Origin: Octopus sinensis
Lineage: Eukaryota
Direction: 5' to 3'
Assembly (NCBI RefSeq): GCF_006345805.1
Contig: NC_043011.1
Span: 64,926,464-64,990,463, forward strand
Length of the DNA: 64,000 nucleotides
Under the pieces are notes generated by a model. The model worked only from the letters and a program-made list of their open reading frames with translations, did no database searches and was not told the DNA's origin. The translations under genes and the position numbers were made by a program. Positions 55,920 through 64,000 of the stretch are shown here, piece after piece (the stretch's first letter is position 1; each line of letters starts with the position of its first letter).

Positions 55920-56274
55920 TATATAAATATACATGTATATATATGTATATATGTATGTATGTATGTATGTATGCATGTATAATTTATGTATGTATGTATG
56001 TATGTATGTATGTATGCATGTATGTATGTATGTATGTATTCATGTATATATTTACGTATGTATGTATGTATGTATCTGAGTGCATACGATAAATATATAG
56101 AAACAGTGAGAGGATAGAGAGAGAAATAATGCGAGTAAATGGCATATTGAATGTGATGACTTATTGCGGACACCCAATATTTAGTCCCTGCTTAAAATTC
56201 AATCTCCTTCATTTCAAAGTAGCTGAAGCCAATTTCAAATCAGTCACATTAAGCAAGCTACTTTTGATTTTCAG

Positions 56275-56363
56275 GCGTCTGGAAATGCTGGAGCACTGCT
56301 TTCGCCAAATTTCCATGAGGTGCAGCTCATACTATCATCAATTAACAGAGAAACTGTGCGTTC
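56275..56363 (+). CDS. Cluster gene 2 exon B4: RLEMLEHCFRQISMRCSSYYHQLTEKLCV
   Basis: TTTTGATTTTCAG acceptor (phase 2), C|GTAAGA donor (phase 1); homolog of B1/B2. Confidence 0.85.
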
Positions 56364-56812
56364 GTAAGAAACCTTTCGTACATCATTTGAGTTGGTTGCG
56401 ACGAGCTTAGCTCTCTTGAATAACTTTGTCGCTTTATTCTAATGTGAATTACTTTAAAATATGGACCCTTGCCAACTTAAAAGAATGTTTTTTATGCAAG
56501 TCCACATTTAATATGTCGAGGTAACACCAAATCCTGGTTATTTAAACATGACTTCTGATGGTAAATTTTATATTCAAGTGGATACGATTCATGGGTTATT
56601 GAAACCTCCATATAATGTTAGCGTCCGCTTAAATTGATTTAATGGGGAAGGGAAATGTATCACTTTTAATATTTAACTAATCGTTAATAGCTAGAACAAA
56701 TATACGGTTTACAACATGAACGCAAATTAAACTATCTGTCCTAAGTGATATTGCATTATTTAGCTTATCTGTTACCAAAATTAAGAAATATCATGCCTTT
56801 AATTTATTGCAG

Positions 56813-56922
56813 AAACACTATCAGCCGCAAAAAAGGCGTTGGCAACGTTCATTACGATCTCAAGCTGCATGTATCTGGTGCTTTTGATCCAGTATGGTTT
56901 GATGGTATTGAGATTCATCTAA
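56813..56922 (+). CDS. Cluster gene 2 terminal exon, GPI/TM-like: (Q)TLSAAKKALATFITISSCMYLVLLIQYGLMVLRFI*
   Basis: TTTATTGCAG acceptor in phase with B4; hydrophobic tail; AATAAA ~20 nt after stop. Confidence 0.75.
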
Positions 56923-57110
56923 TAACAATATTGTAAGACTAAAATAAAATATATTGTATTATTTGTAGCGTTTCATTTTCAAACTGAAGACTATCTAATT
57001 GATACTTGAAAAGTTAAAGTTACGGGAAACGGTCAATCCTCTTCTTATAGAGCGAAACAAAGATACTAACACTGAATCATTTATCAAATATCTATCAAAT
57101 ATCAATTAAA

Positions 57111-57204
<94 letters not shown>

Positions 57205-57309
57205 ACTAGCTATCTCTCTCTCTTTCTCTCTCTCTCTATATATATATATATATACACACACACATATATAGATATATATATATACATACACGCACACATA
57301 CACACACAT

Positions 57310-57349
<40 letters not shown>

Positions 57350-57485
57350 CTTTTTCCGTTTTCCTCTACCAAAACCATTCACAAGGCTTTAGTCGGCACG
57401 TGGTTATAGTAGAAAACATTTGCCGAAGGTGCCACGCAGAACCATGTTGTTGGGAAGCAAGCTGCCTACCACGCAGCTACACCTG
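57350..57485 (-). mobile_element. tRNA-headed SINE, head fragment
   Basis: Same family as 22385-22830. Confidence 0.7.
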
Positions 57486-57554
57486 TGTCTCTCTCACGCT
57501 CTCTTCGCCCTGTCTCTCTATATATATGAAGACAAATTCGAACTTTTGAAGACA

Positions 57555-58400
57555 AATTCGAACTGATCCACTTTGGAAGGGAGGACGCTCTGAAACTCCC
57601 ATACTCTCTTCCTTCTGGAGAAATTCTCATGGCATCCAACAGCATCAGAGACTTGGGGGTAATAGTAGACAACAAGTAAGCTGGGCTACATATATAAGCA
57701 GCAAAGTTGACATGGCCCGCAGAATGTGTTCCTGGATTCTCAGAACCTTCCAGTCGAGAGATTCCCACGCTATTCCTTCTCTCTTCTCCACTTTTGCCCG
57801 ACCCCACCTTGAATACTGCTGTCCCTGTGGTCTCCCTACACAAAACAAAATATTATGAGAATTGAAGCTCCCCAAGGTCAATCACAAAAAAGATAGATGG
57901 CATGTCAGACCTTGACTACTGGGGTAGACTAGAGAGGCTGAAATTGTATTCACTCCAACGACGCGTGAACGCTACATTATCTGTATGATGTAGAAACTAT
58001 TCCATCAGCACTGTCCGAATAATGTTGGCATCACCTTCAAAATACATCCAAGGCTTGACCACGTGCCATCCGTCCACAACAAAAATCTAAATCGCATCAT
58101 AACGACAATACGGCACACTATTTCACCTCAATTGGACCCGCTCTCTTCAACATCACCAGGACACGTCAAAAAGAAACTGACCACACAAAATTCAAGAAGT
58201 CTTTGGACAAATTCCTTCAAACAGTACCGGACAAACCACCCACACCCGGATATGTCTCCGCAAACAATAACTCTCTGCTCGAATGTGCCTTGCTGCCCAA
58301 ATCCTGAACTGAAAGACTTCGCCAGGTGGTGCTATTAAGTTAGACATGGCCTGGGCCAATACTGACCAAAACCTTTCTAAGTTAAGTTATTAAGTTATAT
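57555..58400 (+). mobile_element. CR1-group LINE 3' end, decayed
   Basis: IRDLGVIVDNK, RPHLEYCCP, RLERLKLYSLQRRRER-like motifs with frameshifts; short-repeat tail. Confidence 0.85.
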
Positions 58401-58483
58401 ATATGTATATATATATATATAGATATATATATATATTAGAAATATTAAATTTCTAATTATCTCAGAGCGGTGGTGGAACGATA

Positions 58484-58617
58484 GAGCGGTTGTATACTGT
58501 CAACTTAACGTGACAGTTCCGTAAATCGGAAGCTTCGATGCTTCCTAGGGCTAAATAGCGGTGGGGCAATTCCCTTTACGGACTGTCACGTTACGTTGAT
58601 AGTATACAACCCCGCTC
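58484..58617. mobile_element. MITE-like element with ~45-bp inverted termini
   Basis: GAGCGGTTGTATACTGTCAAC..CCGTAAA / TTTACGG..GTTGATAGTATACAACCCGCTC. Confidence 0.7.
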
Positions 58618-58643
58618 TCACTCTCTCTCTCTCCCTATCTACC

Positions 58644-58724
<81 letters not shown>

Positions 58725-59582
58725 TATATATATATATACAGGATTTCAAGTCGTAATGTAGTGCGAACGTTTCAAGCAGCTCCATCAATTGACGGAAGGA
58801 AGGAAGCAATAATTACATCAATTTAAAATGACCGCTATCTTTCAATTTCACAATTATGGATTTTCAACAGACAAGATATATTAATATAAACTTTATTTAA
58901 CATCTTAACAATGTAAGAGGATGGAAGGAATTCATATTCTGACTATTAGCGATAATAGCTAAGAGAATAACAGAATACAAGTTTTAGTGTGGCATGGAAT
59001 ACGTTGTGGTCATAAAGTTGTAATACACTTCCAACTTCTCTATTTTCTTTATAATCAACAAAAATATAATGCTAAAAGACGACGTTTATTTTTGATGAAG
59101 AGGAAAGTGAGTAAACATCTTCTAGTAGACTGTTGGTCATACATTTCACGCTTCCACACTTACGCCTCAACACACAAGAAAAAGAAACAAATCTTTAGAT
59201 ACAATCAATTAAAAAGTAGTAGATGTCTATACAAGAGTTAGTTAGGGGTGATATTAATTCATGATGTTGTTACCAGTTAAAGGGTCATACCCTATGAAAT
59301 TTAGGATGCTACATTGTGAGCCAAGGAATTCCTTCGCCACCTCTTATCACACATTTCACATGCATAACTTGTGATGAATCAACAAAAGGTAAAGAATAAC
59401 ACAAACAAATAGTTATTGCATTATTTGTTTTATTTAACTTTTCATTAAAAGTAAAAACGTAACGACAAGTGCAGGAAGCAATACTCTTTGAACGTTCATC
59501 TGAAAAGAGAATAGTACAAAGTTTATATATATGTAATTTCAAACTCATTCGATTTGGGTTATACAAGTCTGTTGCTGTTCAC

Positions 59583-60555
59583 AGTTGGGTCGTCTGAAAA
59601 GTTCATTGTCTAAATATTAAGGAGTAATGCTAGAGTTGTGCCTTCTTGCTTTCAATGATTGGAACGGTATTTATTAATTACTGCATCGCTCTTTTAAAGC
59701 ATAACTGGCATCTGACTGTTTACAAAAACTTCGCAAAGTAGCAAGTACACACTTTCTTGGATAACAGAGAGGGGTGTCTATAAATCAAATAACCAATGAT
59801 TTTGGAATATCCCGTAAGAAATTCTGAATATTCTCCTCAAGGAACTTGGCACGACAGAGATTTCTCGTCTGTGTATCTCCGTCCTCTGACATGTGACCGA
59901 AAGCACACCAGGCACATCAAGTCACGGGAAAATCCGATATCGATTGAAGCAGATCCACATGCATTCCTTGGACGTTGACTAGCACCTCACGGGCGTTGCC
60001 TTTATCACTTTGAACTAGAGAAAATGACACAATACTTGCAGCGGAACAACCCTGCAATCCTACTCAGAAGAGAGCCAAGTGGTTTCATTTGCAGGGAGGT
60101 TGATTGACGAAGGCTGTTGGGATGCAAGGTAATATTGCCTACTTTCCAAACTGTCATAATGTCAACGGAAAATACTTTGCCAAATTCCAGAGGTAAGCAA
60201 ACATGTCTATCCACACAAAACACTTACGAAAATTAGGAAAATACAGCTAGCACAAACGTAATTTGTTTCGATGGCTGCTCAGGCTTTGAACTGGTAGATT
60301 ACTCGACCTATTCTCTTGTTTTATACCCATCTGACTATCAATCTATTCCCCCAACGTAACGAAAGCAATTTACTGGGGATCCTGTATCGCACTGATGGCG
60401 AAATGATATGCACCGTTGAACATTTTGTGTAATAGCGATGAAGCTTTTCCACCCATGGAATCCAAGCACTAAAACACCACCGGGAATATAAGTGACCTGC
60501 AATGCTTCACAATCCATTAGAGAATGCCCTCTGAACGTTTCAGTCAATCCTCGTA
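59583..60555 (+). mobile_element. Mariner relic, copy 1 of the tandem duplication
   Basis: TIR-like GGGTCGTCTGAAAAGTTC; GFELVDYSTYSLVLYPSDY resembles HPPYSPDLAPSDY. Confidence 0.6.
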
Positions 60556-61375
60556 TTTTCATTATTCTTGGCTAATGTTGCGATTTACAAGCAAATTTAG
60601 TGAAATAGTTCCTGATGACATTGAAACTGAATCTAAAACACCAGTAGAAGGATTACAGGAATTCAATGGAGATATCTCAGAGCAGTCAGTTCAGTGTTGT
60701 GCAAAATTACAAAGACACCGCTTAATCTCACTGTAGACGATGACTAATACGCTTATTCCTGTTTCAGTAGGACGTAGCGTACAAGATATGAACCAAAACA
60801 TATGAGACCATACTACAGCTGCTGCAGATTATAGATGCGTTTCTCGTCTTATATAAAAAAATATCCTATCCAACAGTAATTCCTGAAATAGAGTAAATAA
60901 ACTTAGTTGTTTCCTACAGGTGGATAGCATATCGGTACATATAATACGAAAACATTGCTTTCGTATTATCGTGATATCAGGACTTTTAAAGCAGTGGAAT
61001 CTAGTGCTGTTATCTTAAATGTTGTTGAACAATAAAACAAAATATTGACGCAGTGGTCACTTATAAAATAACGTACCTCGTTAACCTTAGAAATGCTTTT
61101 AACCTGAAAATAGAAAAAAATATATTTCTTGAAAGTAAGTCCAACAACTTACATTCACAGAAATGCATGCGCGCAAAATTACACACACACACGCACACAG
61201 AAACGCACAAATACAGACACAAATACACACATACAGACACGCACAGATCCTGTTACACAACGAACTGACGAAAACACTGTCATGCACACACCGACATCTA
61301 TAAAGATGGATAGATTGAAGGATAGATAGACAGACAGGTAGGCAAGCATAATGACAGATAGATAGATAGACAGAC

Positions 61376-61436
<61 letters not shown>

Positions 61437-62039
61437 TATATAGATAGATAGATAGATATATATATAGATACATACATACATACATACATACATAAATACA
61501 TACATACATACATAGATTGATAGAGAGGAATATACATATGAGATGTCAATCATTATGAAAAGGTACCACCTATTAGCATCATCAGCACATAAGTAAGATC
61601 AGGCTAGAAAAGAGATTCATATCGCACAGTAGGTTTCGGAAAATATGGCTAAATGTAGAGAGAAAGTTGAGAAAGAATGGGGCCGGCTGAGCCAAGCCAT
61701 CCCACCAGAAAATAGGGAGGGTCGCTTAACGACCGTGGGCAAATTACTAATTTTCTTTCGATTATTTGTTCAAAAATGTTAACTTTATATATTTTCTGTA
61801 ATCATTAACGGAAAAATGCATTCGAACTCATTTATGTTTGCCTGTCTTTGTACCGCCACTCCTTTGTGCTGCCCAATGTCGCAAATAAAGAAAATGAGTT
61901 TTTTTTTGTACGTCGCGTGAACACATTGACAAACCTCTGCTGCGTAATTTATCTATACCAACATGTGGTAAGATATAGTCTTTTATATCTGTATTTGCAA
62001 AATAATTCGATATTAATTATACAAGGATGTTGCTGTTCA

Positions 62040-62995
62040 CAGGTGGGTCGTCGGAAAAGTTCATTGGCTAAATCTTAAGGAGAAATGCTAGAGTTGTGAA
62101 TACTTGCGTCCATTCATTTGAACGGTATTTATTAATTGCTGCATGGTTTTTTTTCCCAAATTAATCGATGCATGATTGTTCAGAGATATTTCAATATGTT
62201 GCAAGTACAAATGTTTATGGATGGCAGACTGATTACTATAAATCGAACACTTAATGATATTAAAATATCCCGTGAAAAAATTTCTGAATAATCTTCCCAA
62301 GCTTGTCACGACAAAGATTTCTTTTCCATGTGTCTTCGTATTCTTACACCTGACCAAAAGCAAACCAGGCAGAACACGTCACGAGGAAATCTGATATTGT
62401 TTGAAGCAAGTGCAGTTGATTTCCTTGGATGTTGACTAACAAAGCATGAGTGTTACCTTTATCACTCTGAACAAGAGAAAACGACACAAATACAAGCAGT
62501 GGAAACACCGCTACAGACCTATTCCTAAGAAGGCCAAGTTGTTTCATTTGCAGGGAAAGTGGTTGACGCAGACTATTGTGATGCAAAGTAATTGTGCTTA
62601 TTGACTACCTTCAAAACCGCCAGAGTAGTTTGCCAATTAGCTGAGGAACGTACAAGTGGCTATCAATAAAAGATTCCTAGAAAATTGCTACCAGCAAAAA
62701 CGTCATTGCTTTCGATGGCTGCGGATCTTTGGACTGGTTGATTACGCAAATGATTCCTCTGATCTGGTCCTACCTGGCTGATATCTACGCCCGAAAGTGA
62801 AGAAAAGAAGACTGGGGTCCTTTATCTCTTTGACGGTGAAACGACATCCACTGTTGATGAAAATTTCGCGCAGCAGGATTAAGCTTTTTATCTCTGGGAT
62901 CAATGCACGAAACCAGTTCTGGAAATATGAGTGAACTGCTATGTTTTACAATCCATCAGAGAATTCAGTGTGAACGTTTCAGTCAATTGTCTTAT
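62040..62995 (+). mobile_element. Mariner relic, copy 2 of the tandem duplication
   Basis: Colinear with 59583-60555. Confidence 0.55.
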
Positions 62996-64000
62996 ATTCA
63001 TCTTCATAAATTAATGTTGCGATATACCAACCAGTTTGGTGAGCTAATTCCTTATGACCTTCAATTTGAAACCGAAACATTAGTAGAAATATTAGAGGGA
63101 TTCAATAAATTCATCGCAAAGCAGTCAGTGTGACGCAAGATGACGACGACATACAAGTTAATCTCTGTTTAAGCGATGACTAATTCACTTATTGCTGCTT
63201 TATTAAGACGTAGTGCACAAAATATGAATCAAAACACTTGAGGCATGATAAACTTCTAGAAGCGTTGTATTAAGCCGCATGCGTTTCATATTTTATAACA
63301 ACTTTTCGTGTCCTACAGTAATTTCCGAATTAGAGCAGAATTATTTCCTTCAAGTAGATAGCGTGTCAGTAAACGTAACAGGAAATCATAGTCTTTGTAT
63401 CATAGTGATATCACGATTTATAAAGTAATGACATATTTTGCTGTTATCTTAAACGTTGCAGAACAATAAACAATTTTGAAGAATTATTTACAATAAAATA
63501 ACCTACCGGTTTTTTAACAGTAGTGGGTTTTTTCTGTAAAAAACAGAAAAAGAAAATGTACTTTCGGAAGTAAATCCTACAAATCCATATGAATTGTATG
63601 TCCACACATGCAGGTTAAAGTTATACATTAATTTTAACATACAAGGCTCATTATAAAGATTCCTTAATATTCACGGCATGCCCATTGAGTAATTAGATGC
63701 AGTCATCAACTGTATCAACCTATCTTAACATTGCAAACTCTATTCGATCTGGGATTGTGAAAAAATTGTAATGAATTAAATGTAATGTAAATCTCCGTTT
63801 ATTTGCAGATATCCTGAAGTTAGGCTGAAAGGTATAATAACTGCTTGTGTTTATAGAAACGAGCATTTTGTTATCAGAAGCCAGTTGCTCTTGAATATAA
63901 TTATGACTCATGATTCTCGTACGTATGAAAATATTCCAATAGTGTCGATTACAATTAATAGTACAGGCACTCTCGTTACAAGTAAAAATATTAGTTTAAA

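Noticed and set aside
61870-61975. A-exon-like ending (PTC G|GTAAGA)
   Set aside because: No acceptor AG, needs a frameshift, and Cys spacing does not fit
60524-63133. Pair of similar ORFs (LMLRFTSKFSEIVP / LMLRYTNQFGELIP) in the duplicated block
   Set aside because: Differences are mostly non-synonymous with no third-position bias, consistent with neutral divergence
63810-63832. Possible 23-nt microexon
   Set aside because: Splice-like signals only; no context within the window

Overview
AT-rich, microsatellite-dense metazoan DNA. The SINE, Penelope and R4/Dong repeats look like those of an octopus/coleoid cephalopod (inference from repeat recognition). Most ORF-track entries are translated microsatellites. 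Main hidden signal: a plus-strand tandem cluster of small, intron-split genes invisible to the ORF track. Each has a signal-peptide exon, one or two six-cysteine modules (C-x7-C-x16-C-x8-C-x6/7-C-x11-C, each split over an A and a B exon) and a hydrophobic GPI-signal-like last exon. Members: a near-intact one-module gene (48.7-56.9 kb), a two-module gene (20.0-34.6 kb), a relic (2.3-9.7 kb), a degenerate relic (45.5-45.8 kb) and a divergent candidate (36.9-39.5 kb). The Cys spacing recalls RGM N-terminal and neuritin helical bundles (inference). Around and inside these genes are Penelope-like fragments carrying about eight recognisable type-I hammerhead ribozyme motifs plus two decayed ones, and several long fold-back hairpins. 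Also present: three families of TAA-targeting R4/Dong LINEs, Mariner relics, a CR1 3' end, an ORF1-only zinc-knuckle element and many SINEs. All exon models and folds were read by eye and need RNA-seq or computation to confirm.
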